Sequence record: EU863409
DNA length: 64,000 bases
Source: Escherichia phage JS10
Reading direction: 5' to 3' (one strand)
Position numbers and translations under genes: made by a program. Positions within the stretch are counted from its first letter, which is position 1, and each line of letters opens with the position of its first letter. The notes beneath the pieces are model-generated. The model was not told the DNA's origin, did not search any database, and was given only the letters and a program-made list of their open reading frames with translations. This document shows positions 1-10,015 of this stretch, one piece after another.

Positions 1-14
1 AATATTTCCTTAGA

Positions 15-2225
15 TTAAGCCGCTTCCACGGCTTTCATGAATTTAACGATTTGAGCTACAGAAGCCTCGGTAATGGATGTTCCACGACGATACATGTAGT
101 CCGAAACTAAATGGTAATCAGATTCAAACTGTACAGTCATTTTATCATTGTTACTTGAAGCATTATTGGTTAACGTATTGAACGTAGTGTTACAGATTTT
201 CTTGATAACAGAAAGTTTGTCATCAGTTATATACCCATGGAAATTCATATAACGGAATATATCATAGAAATTGCTCAGACGAGTATATGCTTCAGACACC
301 GGCTTATCACTGAAATATTTAGTCATAAAACCAAGCTCAGGGAACTTAGCAATGATTTCAAGATAATACCTTGCACGGGTATTACTACCAATATAATCAT
401 CAATATCTACAGCATCTAATGCTTCAGCATAAGCTTCTAACGTGGTTTCCATCAAGCATTCACATTGGCCTAACTTTTTAATCTTTTTGGCAATCTGAGG
501 GCGAATGATATGGAATTCGGTAGCACCAATCAAATTAGCCATACGGCACATGGTAGTGGTGTTGATGTCAAAGATACCATAAGCTTCATCCATTCCCATG
601 ATATCAGAACGACTACCAAACAATACGTACCCTGTAATTTCTTCTGCTTCTGCAGCAGTTAAGTATAAGGTCTCTTGTTGCCAACGTCCATCTTTAATGA
701 ACCAACGATAAGCACTTGGTGTTTTAGGACGAGGTTCTGATGAACGGACAGTAACCGGAATCCATGGCTTAACAATTTTATTCAGTTCAGAGACTTTATA
801 AAAATGAATAGTATCACCTTTAAAAAGTTCTTTAACCTTTTCAAGTTGTTGCATTTGCAGCATTGAATTTGGGTCGACAAAAATAAGGTCAGTTCCGTAT
901 TTAGGAATATTGTTCTCTTTAACAATTTTCTTAGCCGAAGCACTGTTGTCCATTGCCAGAGCCCAAAGTCCTCGAACTAGTGGCACACGACCCTTTTCAT
1001 CATCATAAACAATATGGATTTCTTTATTATTAATGCCTAATAGGCTACTAAGTCCTGCCACCGAAGAAGTATTACCACTCGGCTTAATTCGTTTCAAACG
1101 TGGGTCTGAAACGATTTCGTAAACAACACCCAAATTAATAAGGTCGTTTTGAAGTGTATAACGTTGGTACAATTTCTCGTATGTCAATTTTTCTGTAGTA
1201 AACAGGCTAGTCCCACCTTTTTTGGTAAGATAGTCACGAGCACTGTAACCAAGGTTAGAAAGGTCGCGATAAACATGGCGTGGATTATCAGATTCAACCC
1301 ATTCTTGTGTATCGTTTTTAAAGACCACTGCATCCAGTGCTTCGATACGGGTTGCAATATTTTCCATCGTACGTTTATCAAGAGACAACACTTCACGAGA
1401 CGGAGCAATATCCAGCGAGCCCATAGGGAACTTAATATAAACTACATCATGGCGAGTACGCATCCATGTGCCTTTATTATAAGCAGAATCCAATGGATAA
1501 ACAATACCACCATAAACTGCATAAAGTCCTGAACGTTCGAAGCTGCCATAATTTGTAGTGGTTACAGGATAGTAGTCTTCAAATTCAGGGAAATAATCAA
1601 CTTCAACACCGTCAACATCGCCAAGTCCAATGAACGGACGCATGATATATCGAACTTCAGTTTCAAACTTACGGAAATCTTCTTCATCGACAGGAACCGT
1701 GATTTCGATACCTGTTTTATCACCTGGCTGCATAGGTTCTACGAAAGTAGGTTTAATCTGCGGCCCATCACCATCCATATAAGCTACATAACCGCGAACT
1801 TCGCCATTGTGCCATGAGGTAATATTAAACGTTTCGGTATAACTGAACGGAGATTTTGAACCAAGGCCAAAGCCACCGATGAAATCGTTAGAAGCGGTTT
1901 TGGATGATGCGAAATAAGAGTTATACAAACCGGTTTCGTTTTCATCGCCACGAATCTGGAAATCACTCATACCCGGACCGAAGTCACGGCACACAAAGCG
2001 AGGGTCGAGCTTACCAGGAACCTGTACTTTCCAACGTTCTTTATTACCATTCAGAATATGAGCATCAATCATGTTGGTAATTAGTTCACGAACTACGGCA
2101 CGTACCTTATTACTATAAAGGTCTGATGAAAGAATTTTAAAGACCTTAGGCGAGGCCTGGATGGTAAATCCTGTGGACTTAGAGCCGTTGCCAATGATTT
2201 GTTCTTTTTCGGTTTCAATAATCAT
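15..2225 (-). CDS. rIIA: rIIA protein
   Basis: 736-aa ORF; N-terminus MIIETEKEQIIGNGSKS and downstream blocks match T4 rIIA as I recall it; first gene of the T4-collinear block. Confidence 0.85.
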   Translation of the reverse strand: MIIETEKEQIIGNGSKSTGFTIQASPKVFKILSSDLYSNKVRAVVRELITNMIDAHILNGNKERWKVQVPGKLDPRFVCRDFGPGMSDFQIRGDENETGLYNSYFASSKTASNDFIGGFGLGSKSPFSYTETFNITSWHNGEVRGYVAYMDGDGPQIKPTFVEPMQPGDKTGIEITVPVDEEDFRKFETEVRYIMRPFIGLGDVDGVEVDYFPEFEDYYPVTTTNYGSFERSGLYAVYGGIVYPLDSAYNKGTWMRTRHDVVYIKFPMGSLDIAPSREVLSLDKRTMENIATRIEALDAVVFKNDTQEWVESDNPRHVYRDLSNLGYSARDYLTKKGGTSLFTTEKLTYEKLYQRYTLQNDLINLGVVYEIVSDPRLKRIKPSGNTSSVAGLSSLLGINNKEIHIVYDDEKGRVPLVRGLWALAMDNSASAKKIVKENNIPKYGTDLIFVDPNSMLQMQQLEKVKELFKGDTIHFYKVSELNKIVKPWIPVTVRSSEPRPKTPSAYRWFIKDGRWQQETLYLTAAEAEEITGYVLFGSRSDIMGMDEAYGIFDINTTTMCRMANLIGATEFHIIRPQIAKKIKKLGQCECLMETTLEAYAEALDAVDIDDYIGSNTRARYYLEIIAKFPELGFMTKYFSDKPVSEAYTRLSNFYDIFRYMNFHGYITDDKLSVIKKICNTTFNTLTNNASSNNDKMTVQFESDYHLVSDYMYRRGTSITEASVAQIVKFMKAVEAA

Positions 2226-2232
2226 ATTTTTC

Positions 2233-2436
2233 TCAATTCAGGTTACGTTTAAAAATATCTGCTACTTCAAGGAGCTCTTCCTTAGTAGCGATGTCGTTGA
2301 GTATTTTATATCTGATTTCTTTAAAGCGTTCTTTAAAATCTTCAGCTGCATTGATATCAAAAAATCTCTGGATTAGTCGGAATTCTTTGTGGACAGCTTT
2401 ATCAAACAAATCAATGTTGACTTTAAAGTTTGTCAT
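2233..2436 (-). CDS. hypothetical small protein (rIIA.1 position)
   Basis: 67-aa ORF tightly packed between rIIA and the upstream ORF. Confidence 0.4.
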   Translation of the reverse strand: MTNFKVNIDLFDKAVHKEFRLIQRFFDINAAEDFKERFKEIRYKILNDIATKEELLEVADIFKRNLN

Positions 2437-2746
2437 TTTTAACTACCTCATGTTGAACATATTCTCTGGTAGAACCCAGTTCAGCCAGAATTCTTCTCAT
2501 AGAACCCATCGTACTTTTGTGCTCTCTGTGACGATACAATATCTCTAGAACCTTTTCCTGGACAACAGGAGAGAGCGCCTGGTTATCTTTAATCTTTAAG
2601 GCAATAGATTTTACAGCCTTAAGATATTCTAGTCCCTTGCCGCTTGTAATCACTACTCCTTCGTCTTTACAATTACGAATTGCAGTCTCCATAAAAGACA
2701 AAGCCAAGTTATCAGTGTTCACTATACTATTATCTTGCATAATCAT
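2423..2746 (-). CDS. hypothetical protein
   Basis: 107-aa ORF; early-promoter-like element lies just upstream at 2765-2794. Confidence 0.45.
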   Translation of the reverse strand: MIMQDNSIVNTDNLALSFMETAIRNCKDEGVVITSGKGLEYLKAVKSIALKIKDNQALSPVVQEKVLEILYRHREHKSTMGSMRRILAELGSTREYVQHEVVKNDKL

Positions 2747-2764
2747 ATTCTCACCTCTTAGAGA

Positions 2765-2794
2765 ATCGTATCACACTTTTAATCTGTTGTAAAC
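2765..2794 (-). promoter_or_regulatory. early-promoter-like element
   Basis: minus strand reads GTTTAC, 18-nt spacer, TACGAT. Confidence 0.45.
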
Positions 2795-2796
2795 CC

Positions 2797-2820
2797 CGAA
2801 AAGGGCCTTGCGGCCCTTAA
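2797..2820 (-). terminator. intrinsic terminator-like hairpin
   Basis: GC stem agggcc/ggccct with 4-nt loop, U-run on minus-strand RNA; directly downstream of the 53-aa ORF. Confidence 0.5.
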
Positions 2821-2982
2821 TTAGTTGCTTGAATCGACTCTATAAACTTGACCACGGGTTTGGTAAACTTCGCCGTCCCATGTTTCAACTGTGATAGTAA
2901 CGTACTCGGCAAAAAGAGGACGTGTATCTGTCCAGAGATAACCATATTCACCTGTGACGAGCGTAACCCAGTACTTTCTCAT
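2821..2982 (-). CDS. small hypothetical protein (53 aa)
   Basis: ATG at 2980-2982 preceded by AAGGAG 5-6 nt upstream; stop at 2821-2823; below track cutoff. Confidence 0.45.
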   Translation of the reverse strand: MRKYWVTLVTGEYGYLWTDTRPLFAEYVTITVETWDGEVYQTRGQVYRVDSSN

Positions 2983-3024
2983 AAAGTCTCCTTTTATACG
3001 GTACTCATGTACCGTACGTATTTA

Positions 3025-4842
3025 TTATGACATCCAAGCCTTGCGCAGCTGTGGGTCGTTTCCAAGGAGCATTTCGAACTGGTCTTTCCAATCTTCAGGT
3101 AATTGAACTACATCGAATTTAGGGTCTTGAATCATTCGACGGTATTCAGCCTTCTCAAGAGAACCGAGACCTTTAATATAACGAATAGAATGTTTTGGTA
3201 GAGAGTCCTTAGCTTTGGTATAACTAGGTACATCATAGAACCATTCCTGTTCTTTACCAACCTGAGCAATGATTACAGGAGTCTTACAGAAACGAATTCG
3301 TCCCTGTTCAAACAATTCCGGCCACTGACTAAAGAAAGCTAATAACGAAGGATAAATCGAACCAGTACCATCCACATCGGCGTCAGTCATGATAGCGATA
3401 TTGCGATAGTTGGTTTTATCTGCAGGTTCACCAATAACCAGTCCAGTGATTGCACAGATATCAAACAATTCTTTGTTCTTCATGATATCGGCAGCAGTCA
3501 TACCCCAGGTATTCATAACCTTTCCGCGTAACGGATAACCACCTTGGAGGTCTTTATTACGAACTTCAATGAAAGGACCCATTGCAGAATCACCTTCCGT
3601 AAGGAATAAAGTCGTATCAGCATCTTTGCCATACATATTGGCTTTAATATGCTTATGGACCTTGGCTTTCAAAGCTTTCTTAGCAGCTTTTGTTTCGGCT
3701 GCTTTTTCAGCAGCGAGTTTACGTGCTAAAGCTGCTTCGACAATAGGCATAATCAACCCATCGACCTTAAGAATAGCCGTTGCAATTTTCTTAGCATCAA
3801 TTTGGATATGGTTACGAATCTCACCAAACGGAGAGGTCAATCGCTCTTTAGTCTGTGAATCAAAACGCATATTGCTCATATCACGAATGAACATGACCAT
3901 CGTAAGGCATTCTTTAACACGAGCCTTAGTTACTTCGATTCCTTTATATTTCTTTTTAATACCAGGCAGAAGGTGCTCACAGATATCGTCAAACACACAT
4001 TCAACGTGATGGCCGCCATTCTTAGTATGGATATTGTTTACATACGTCAGTTGACGGAACCCGTCCGGAGAAGGAGTAAATGCCATCGAAACATTATCAG
4101 TTTCTTGGATTACAAAGTCTTCACCAAATTGCTTAGCATACTTTTTAAAGTTGCCATCTACTTTTTTACCATTAAAAGTAAATTGGATATCCGGATAAAT
4201 TACGGCCAGTGTTTGAAGACGGTCTAATGTAATATCCAGATAAATTTGGGACAGACTATTTTCTTCGAAATGGTTAAAGTCTGGGGTGAATATAACCGAA
4301 GTACCCTTACCTTTAGATTTCTTAGTAGACCAACCTTTGTTTTCCATTCCATTGGAACAGTTAACAGTAATCTCATTCTCACCATCAGAGGTGATGCCTG
4401 TGAACAAAACAGAGAAGATATTAGTTAAACTACTACCAACACCGTTCATGCCGCCTGTCTTACGCTCAGCGTCATCTCCAAAGTTACCACCGGCTTTTGG
4501 AATAGTCCATGCAGCTACAGGACCCGGAATTTGTTCACCGTTTTGGTCAGTAACCATTGCTTGAGGAATACCACGGCCATTATCAGAAACTGAAACCTGA
4601 TTATTCTTAATTTGAACATCGATTTTATTTGCGAATTTAAAATTGGTACGAATAGCTTCATCGACAGAGTTATCAATGATTTCGTCAATTAATTTAACCA
4701 GTCCAGGAACATAGTTCACCTGGGTAAAATTACCAAACAGGAATCGACCGTGAGCTTCATTAGCACTTGAGCCAATATACATCCCACTACGTTTTTTGAT
4801 ATGTTCAATGTCGGACAGTACTTTAATTTCATTCTTAATCAT
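3025..4842 (-). CDS. 39: DNA topoisomerase II large (ATPase) subunit, fused 39/60 type
   Basis: 605 aa; GyrB-like ATPase N-terminus; T4 synteny upstream of rIIA. Confidence 0.85.
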   Translation of the reverse strand: MIKNEIKVLSDIEHIKKRSGMYIGSSANEAHGRFLFGNFTQVNYVPGLVKLIDEIIDNSVDEAIRTNFKFANKIDVQIKNNQVSVSDNGRGIPQAMVTDQNGEQIPGPVAAWTIPKAGGNFGDDAERKTGGMNGVGSSLTNIFSVLFTGITSDGENEITVNCSNGMENKGWSTKKSKGKGTSVIFTPDFNHFEENSLSQIYLDITLDRLQTLAVIYPDIQFTFNGKKVDGNFKKYAKQFGEDFVIQETDNVSMAFTPSPDGFRQLTYVNNIHTKNGGHHVECVFDDICEHLLPGIKKKYKGIEVTKARVKECLTMVMFIRDMSNMRFDSQTKERLTSPFGEIRNHIQIDAKKIATAILKVDGLIMPIVEAALARKLAAEKAAETKAAKKALKAKVHKHIKANMYGKDADTTLFLTEGDSAMGPFIEVRNKDLQGGYPLRGKVMNTWGMTAADIMKNKELFDICAITGLVIGEPADKTNYRNIAIMTDADVDGTGSIYPSLLAFFSQWPELFEQGRIRFCKTPVIIAQVGKEQEWFYDVPSYTKAKDSLPKHSIRYIKGLGSLEKAEYRRMIQDPKFDVVQLPEDWKDQFEMLLGNDPQLRKAWMS

Positions 4843-4891
4843 GTTATTTCCTCATGTAGTAGGAGAATATTATCCCATTTCACTTAAAGCA

Positions 4892-4912
4892 TAAAAGGGC
4901 CGAAGCCCTTAA
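4892..4912 (-). terminator. UUCG-loop hairpin
   Basis: agggc-cgaa-gccct with flanking A/T runs. Confidence 0.45.
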
Positions 4913-5169
4913 TCAAATCGAATGGTCGACTTTTTAAAGAATAACCCAGAACAAACTGTTCCTTCAACCCTTTTACCTGTCGGCCCTACAGCAATAAAAC
5001 CTGTACGCTGGAAATCATCTTCAGAACAACCAAATAGGTTGTATCCTGTGATTTGGATTTGTTCGTAGCCATTTGCATCCAATACACGGGTGGCATTATC
5101 AGCATCAGTACAACCAGCCAACGAAACTGCTAGTACAAGAGCCGCAATAGAACGATTAACATATTTCAT
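4909..5169 (-). CDS. putative lipoprotein
   Basis: 86 aa; signal peptide with lipobox LAGC. Confidence 0.55.
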   Translation of the reverse strand: MKYVNRSIAALVLAVSLAGCTDADNATRVLDANGYEQIQITGYNLFGCSEDDFQRTGFIAVGPTGKRVEGTVCSGLFFKKSTIRFD

Positions 5170-5175
5170 AATTTC

Positions 5176-5352
5176 TCACTTAGTTAGCAGGTCATAGAAC
5201 CCGCCGTTAACATGTTTAGGAGCTGAAACTAACCGAACAGCCAGCCGATGGCAATCAGGGCAAACATCATTATCTCTTTCAGAGATTTTCTTGATTTTTT
5301 CGTATTCTTTTGCACAGTCTTCGGATTGGCATTTGTAATCATAAAGTGGCAT
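5176..5352 (-). CDS. FmdB-like zinc-ribbon protein (58 aa)
   Basis: MPLYDYKCQSEDCAKEYE...CPDC; AAGGA RBS; below track cutoff. Confidence 0.5.
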   Translation of the reverse strand: MPLYDYKCQSEDCAKEYEKIKKISERDNDVCPDCHRLAVRLVSAPKHVNGGFYDLLTK

Positions 5353-5353
5353 A

Positions 5354-5725
5354 TTATTCCTTAAAGTGGGCTTTCAACATCTGGTAAACTGTCCAGGCTT
5401 CAGAATTATTAGAGATAGTGATTTTAGTCAAAGGGAAATCACTCGGTTCCGATGGGCCCACGTCTTCGCATTCATCTTCAGTATCGTCATCTTTTTCTTC
5501 TTCAAAGAAACGACGCTCATCTTTCTTTATGAATAGGCTCGTAAATTCACCAGTTGATAATTCCATTTTATACACATCACCATCTTCAATTCTGACTGGT
5601 CTAAATCCCTCGCCATTGATTATAGTATTGGCTATATTATCATTATCTGTACATAACAAACGGAATTTGCTTTCAGCATCATTATCTTTAAAATAATACC
5701 ACTTATCAGTTTCAAATTTGGTCAT
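5354..5725 (-). CDS. hypothetical acidic protein
   Basis: track ORF 5354..5818 trimmed to internal ATG at 5723-5725 (MTKFETDKWYYFK), which avoids a long overlap with the upstream ORF. Confidence 0.45.
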   Translation of the reverse strand: MTKFETDKWYYFKDNDAESKFRLLCTDNDNIANTIINGEGFRPVRIEDGDVYKMELSTGEFTSLFIKKDERRFFEEEKDDDTEDECEDVGPSEPSDFPLTKITISNNSEAWTVYQMLKAHFKE

Positions 5726-5936
5726 TATAAGTTTCCTTCCAGAAGTCGGTGCCTTCAGCAGTGATTTCACGGAACACTGCATAGATAGGGTTTTTATCAC
5801 CTTGATTTTCGTATACATAAACCGACGATAAATGAGAAAACGTATCAGAATGTTCCTTTTGAACCACGATTAAATCAGGGTTGAACAGAACATCTTCAAA
5901 TTCTTCACGAGTCGAGTTCACAGTAACTTTAGCCAT
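5712..5936 (-). CDS. hypothetical protein
   Basis: 74-aa ORF; promoter-like element at 5955-5996 upstream. Confidence 0.45.
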   Translation of the reverse strand: MAKVTVNSTREEFEDVLFNPDLIVVQKEHSDTFSHLSSVYVYENQGDKNPIYAVFREITAEGTDFWKETYNDQI

Positions 5937-5954
5937 TTTATTTTCCTCTCATTT

Positions 5955-5996
5955 GTTGATAGGGTAATAGTATCACTACCCTACCGTATTGTATAC
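5955..5996 (-). promoter_or_regulatory. early-promoter cassette (variant -35)
   Basis: gttgatagggtaatagta...gtatac; minus strand gives GTATAC-N17-TACTAT. Confidence 0.45.
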
Positions 5997-6009
5997 TGTT
6001 TTTTAAACT

Positions 6010-6573
6010 TTATGCACGGTGAATGTTAGCATATTCAACAATAAAGCTTTCAGGAACAACCTTAAAGGTTCCAAGGAACACGATGTTATAGAGCTTAACG
6101 CCACCTTCAACCCACTGGTCTGTGATGTAACCAGACATGCTACTGGTTTCGTAAGTACCAAAAGGTTCGTCAACATATTTGAACGGTTTAGGAGTATTAA
6201 AACACACTCCTCGACCTAATTTCCATTTGAAATCAACGCCGACATGAGATTGGTCAATAGTTTCAACGTCTTGAGCTACTACGCCACGGATATCATTGCT
6301 TTCACATACATACCCATCATGGGATTCAACTTCTTCAACCACTGGGGTATGAACAAGTTCAGGAACTATTGGACGCGCTTTCCATCCCTTGGGAACCAAA
6401 GTGACATAACGTTCTTTAACGTAACCTACAAAAGAAGAAACGAAACCACTGGAACGAAATGCCTGGACTTTAACAAGGCCACGAGAGAAATTGAATCCAA
6501 TAATAATACATTTTTTACCAGCAACTTTAGATTTAGAATCTTCGGAAACCGTTACGATATCACCAATTTTCAT
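6010..6573 (-). CDS. hypothetical protein, paralog A
   Basis: 187 aa; C-terminal about 40 aa resembles the next ORF (DQWVEGGVKLYNIV...VVP). Confidence 0.55.
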   Translation of the reverse strand: MKIGDIVTVSEDSKSKVAGKKCIIIGFNFSRGLVKVQAFRSSGFVSSFVGYVKERYVTLVPKGWKARPIVPELVHTPVVEEVESHDGYVCESNDIRGVVAQDVETIDQSHVGVDFKWKLGRGVCFNTPKPFKYVDEPFGTYETSSMSGYITDQWVEGGVKLYNIVFLGTFKVVPESFIVEYANIHRA

Positions 6574-6650
6574 AATATTACCTTTTGTTTAGGAATTAGG
6601 TTTATTCTCCATAAGAGCCATTATAACATGGCTCTCGATAAAGTAAACTA

Positions 6651-7199
6651 TTAATTCAATACGTTAACCACTGCACTACGAGGTACTACGCTAAAATCAC
6701 CAGCATGTACAACGTTCAGCAGTTCAACACCATCTTCAATCCACTGGTCTGTTACCCAACCACAGATAGGATTATCAAAAGGACGACGGATAGCCACAGC
6801 AGCACACAACAGGTCGGTAGGGTCTTGTTCTTCAACTTCTTGGAACAGGATGAACTCATCTTCATAAACCAGGTTTTTCTCTATTTTGTTATTATCTAAC
6901 CGGCGACCGTGGATGACGTAAGATTTGTCAAACCAGTCACTTTTGGCGAATTCTTCAACAATAAATTCGCCTTCGCCAAAAACATCAGTCAGAGTTTTAT
7001 AACCAGAAATCAAGGCCTTAATTTTAATTTCAGGTTCAACCAGTTTGTAGGTTTTGCCGATTTCGATAGTCTGAGTAGTCATAGTGGTTTCCTTAATTTC
7101 CAGTGGTTTAACAGGGCATACATAAGTGCTTAAAACATCAAAATCAATCAGTTTAGCTGCCGGATTCGGGGTGTATTTAGGGTTGTAATTAAATTTCAT
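6651..7199 (-). CDS. hypothetical protein, paralog B
   Basis: 182 aa; C-terminus DQWIEDGVELLNVV...VVP shared with 6010..6573. Confidence 0.55.
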   Translation of the reverse strand: MKFNYNPKYTPNPAAKLIDFDVLSTYVCPVKPLEIKETTMTTQTIEIGKTYKLVEPEIKIKALISGYKTLTDVFGEGEFIVEEFAKSDWFDKSYVIHGRRLDNNKIEKNLVYEDEFILFQEVEEQDPTDLLCAAVAIRRPFDNPICGWVTDQWIEDGVELLNVVHAGDFSVVPRSAVVNVLN

Positions 7200-7705
7200 A
7201 TTGTTCTCAATTCAATAAAATCTACGAGTTCGGCATAGGATTTGCGGAACATTACTTGGCGCCCACCGATGACAACCTCATCTTCAGGTATTTCGTAAAC
7301 AGCAAGATAGAATCCTTTAGAAGATAATTCTTCGCGCTCTTCACGAGTGAACCAGCGCATCATATCATACTCACTGGCAAAAGCAAAATGGTAGAGGTTA
7401 ACAAACCAGCCTGGAATATAATCATCACAGCCTTCATAATCAGGCTGGTTCCACTTAGTTCTAATGGTTTTATTAGAATTTTCCACCAACAACTTGTCTT
7501 GACCTGGTAGCGGAATATTTTTATTATTGGTATGGTGGTGTCTAAAATTAGGTTTGTCGAAACCTACTTCTAATAACCAACCTTCGCTCCATTCATCAAA
7601 CGAGCCTCTATATGGTGTTAATTGGCGGCACTGTTGGTGAGTGATTGCTATGACATCGCTGTTATCTAAGATACTGAACGATGACTCAACTCGATAAATT
7701 TTCAT
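7196..7705 (-). CDS. hypothetical protein
   Basis: 169-aa ORF; promoter cassette upstream. Confidence 0.5.
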   Translation of the reverse strand: MKIYRVESSFSILDNSDVIAITHQQCRQLTPYRGSFDEWSEGWLLEVGFDKPNFRHHHTNNKNIPLPGQDKLLVENSNKTIRTKWNQPDYEGCDDYIPGWFVNLYHFAFASEYDMMRWFTREEREELSSKGFYLAVYEIPEDEVVIGGRQVMFRKSYAELVDFIELRTI

Positions 7706-7719
7706 TTTGTTCTCCTCAT

Positions 7720-7761
7720 GTTGATAGGGTAGATAATATCATGTCATGAGGAGAAGTAAAC
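7720..7761 (-). promoter_or_regulatory. early-promoter cassette
   Basis: minus strand GTTTAC-N17-TATTAT, then conserved leader with GAGGAG RBS. Confidence 0.55.
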
Positions 7762-7765
7762 ACTT

Positions 7766-8440
7766 TTATCGATTTTTTATACTTAATGGGTCTGGGTTCT
7801 CAGGAACATCTTCCAGGTTTAAAGCATATCGTTGAGCATATTTCAGCATCAAGATATCCTTAGCACAGTCATGGATAGAGTCATGAGCAACAAAGCCATT
7901 CAAGGTTCCGTTAGGCAGAGGGCACATGCTCAATCCACGCGTCAGTGAATAGGCTTCAATGGCCGTACGGATATCGCGTTGGTTCCAGAATTTAACCGGT
8001 TCCAACTTAGTGGTATCGATTTCGTTCTCAGGAACACCTTCAGAACGATAAGCATCACGAATAAGGTCCACTAAGATTGGAAAGTCAAAGGACATTCCGC
8101 GGCACCACATCTGCGATTTCCATTGGTCCACTTCGTTTTTACGGCAGTATTCCAGGAAATTACCAATGCCGATAGAAGTACTCACATCAATTTCGGACGG
8201 AGCCAGGTTTTTACGTGCTTCAGGTCCTTGTTCTTTCCACCACTGCAATGTGCTTTTAGAGAACAGACGTTTATCGCGTTGAGAAGCCAAATCGAATTTA
8301 ATACGAAGGCCGCGTTGAGTAAGCTCTTCAAACGATTCTACTACTTCTGGATTGGGGTCATAAGCAATTACGGCGAGGTCAATAACCGCTGCATTTTGGG
8401 TAGTGGCAAAGGTTTCGAAGTCAATAATTATATCTTTCAT
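7766..8440 (-). CDS. dexA: exonuclease A (DnaQ-like 3'-5' exonuclease)
   Basis: 224 aa; N-terminal IIIDFET exonuclease motif; T4 synteny next to dda. Confidence 0.75.
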   Translation of the reverse strand: MKDIIIDFETFATTQNAAVIDLAVIAYDPNPEVVESFEELTQRGLRIKFDLASQRDKRLFSKSTLQWWKEQGPEARKNLAPSEIDVSTSIGIGNFLEYCRKNEVDQWKSQMWCRGMSFDFPILVDLIRDAYRSEGVPENEIDTTKLEPVKFWNQRDIRTAIEAYSLTRGLSMCPLPNGTLNGFVAHDSIHDCAKDILMLKYAQRYALNLEDVPENPDPLSIKNR

Positions 8441-8727
8441 TTAACGTACCTCATAAGGTCTCGGATTTGGCCGACCGTATAGTCTTCAATATAAACCGAA
8501 GAGATATTGTCGTCCATCAGTTTTTGCACTGCAATAAAATCACTTTCAATCTCTTTAAGTGAATGCAAGACCTTATGAGCCTTGCCACGGATATTTGTAT
8601 CGTCTGGGTTGACCTTAATAATATATTCCGTCTCGAATTTCAACTTATAAAACTGGTCTTTAGTTACTTTAATCATATTTTCCTCAAACATAATAGGCAT
8701 CAGTACGAGCACGGGTAATACTAACAT
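8437..8727 (-). CDS. hypothetical protein
   Basis: 96-aa ORF between dexA and dda. Confidence 0.45.
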   Translation of the reverse strand: MLVLPVLVLMPIMFEENMIKVTKDQFYKLKFETEYIIKVNPDDTNIRGKAHKVLHSLKEIESDFIAVQKLMDDNISSVYIEDYTVGQIRDLMRYVK

Positions 8728-10015
8728 AAGCCAGCTGTGAAGCTAAATTGGCATCTGCCATGTGCATGCACGGAGTATAGATGAAACTGTTTTGGACAGT
8801 AAGGCCTTGTGATTTATGAACAGTGCTCACCGGAAGAGCTCGAACCTTAGTGAACATTCGCTTAGCTTTCCAGAAATCAGCCCACTTAGGTTTCTTACCA
8901 GTTCCACGCATAGCCTTGTACTCAGTAGCCACCTTAGCCAAGAAATAATGGAACTTCTCAACTGAAGCCTCATCAATAACTTTCAAGTGTTCTACATAGT
9001 ACTCGTCATCCTCATCAACAGATTCAACCTGGAGGTCCCAGTAATTAATCATCTGGCGAGTGCCTACATCCTTGGCAGACAAGAACAATGAGGTGTGGTT
9101 CACATCTAAAATACGAACCATTTGTCCGTTATTAAAAATGGTTTCAGAGAATTTCTTACCGTCGTATTCAAGTTCCTTAATAAAAGGCTCTTGCATCACG
9201 AGGATTTCGCCTTTGATATAAGGCGCATCGGTTTCATAAAGCTTTTTACGAATAATGCTATTCAGTTTTTCAACTGATTTATTTGTATAAGCAAACATCC
9301 TATTCTCAAACAAGGCATCTGCATCTTTTACGATGGAAAAATAATTCATCATAAAATCTTTTAAAGCCGTTTGAGATTTAAAACCATGGACACCGTGACC
9401 TTCGAATATACAATCTCGGAACCATCCACCATTACGGATTTCAGTAGCAACCTCAATGATAGGAGCATTACTACGCATTACTTCAGTAAGGTGTAGCTGT
9501 TTAATTTTAGGATGAGTAAAGAATGGAGACAACTGAGGACTTCCATCACTTCCTGGTTCTACAGGTTGTAACTGTGCTCGGTCGCCAATCCCTAGTACAG
9601 TGCACCACGGCGGAACCGAAGCTTCGATAATCTTAAACAACTTACCGTCAATCATTGAGCCTTCGTCGACCACAAGAACATTACATTTGCTCAAATCAGG
9701 AGCTTCACGCTGTTCAAAAATATCCTGGTCTTCGTATGTAGTCGGGTTAATCTTTAAGATTCGGTGGATTGTCGATGCTTCTTGGCCTGCGAGTTTCGAC
9801 AATACCTTCTTGGCCGCGTGTGTAGGTGCGGTCAAAATAACTCCGAGTTCGCCATTCTTGACTAAGTGGTCAAGGATAAATTTAGTAAGGGTCGTTTTAC
9901 CTGTACCGGCAGGACCATTCAATGTAATCCATTCGCCCTTACGTCGTTTAATAGCTTCAATGATTTCTTTAAAGGCCGTCCGTTGCCCAATATTCAAGTC
10001 TTCAAATGTAATCAT
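8684..10015 (-). CDS. dda: Dda DNA helicase (SF1B)
   Basis: 443 aa; Walker A GPAGTGKTT; N-terminus similar to T4 Dda. Confidence 0.85.
   Translation of the reverse strand: MITFEDLNIGQRTAFKEIIEAIKRRKGEWITLNGPAGTGKTTLTKFILDHLVKNGELGVILTAPTHAAKKVLSKLAGQEASTIHRILKINPTTYEDQDIFEQREAPDLSKCNVLVVDEGSMIDGKLFKIIEASVPPWCTVLGIGDRAQLQPVEPGSDGSPQLSPFFTHPKIKQLHLTEVMRSNAPIIEVATEIRNGGWFRDCIFEGHGVHGFKSQTALKDFMMNYFSIVKDADALFENRMFAYTNKSVEKLNSIIRKKLYETDAPYIKGEILVMQEPFIKELEYDGKKFSETIFNNGQMVRILDVNHTSLFLSAKDVGTRQMINYWDLQVESVDEDDEYYVEHLKVIDEASVEKFHYFLAKVATEYKAMRGTGKKPKWADFWKAKRMFTKVRALPVSTVHKSQGLTVQNSFIYTPCMHMADANLASQLAYVSITRARTDAYYV

Noticed and set aside
1149-1532. Plus-strand ORFs in the track lying inside minus-strand genes (this one and many others, e.g. 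14506..15108, 35889..36338, 3569..4009)
   Set aside because: They are antisense to long, homology-supported minus-strand genes, have no RBS, and the whole region is packed with co-oriented genes; treated as chance ORFs
2848-3030. 60-aa plus-strand ORF in the 39-rIIA.1 gap
   Set aside because: The same DNA encodes a 53-aa minus-strand ORF with a strong AAGGAG RBS and a terminator immediately downstream, which fits the local gene organisation better
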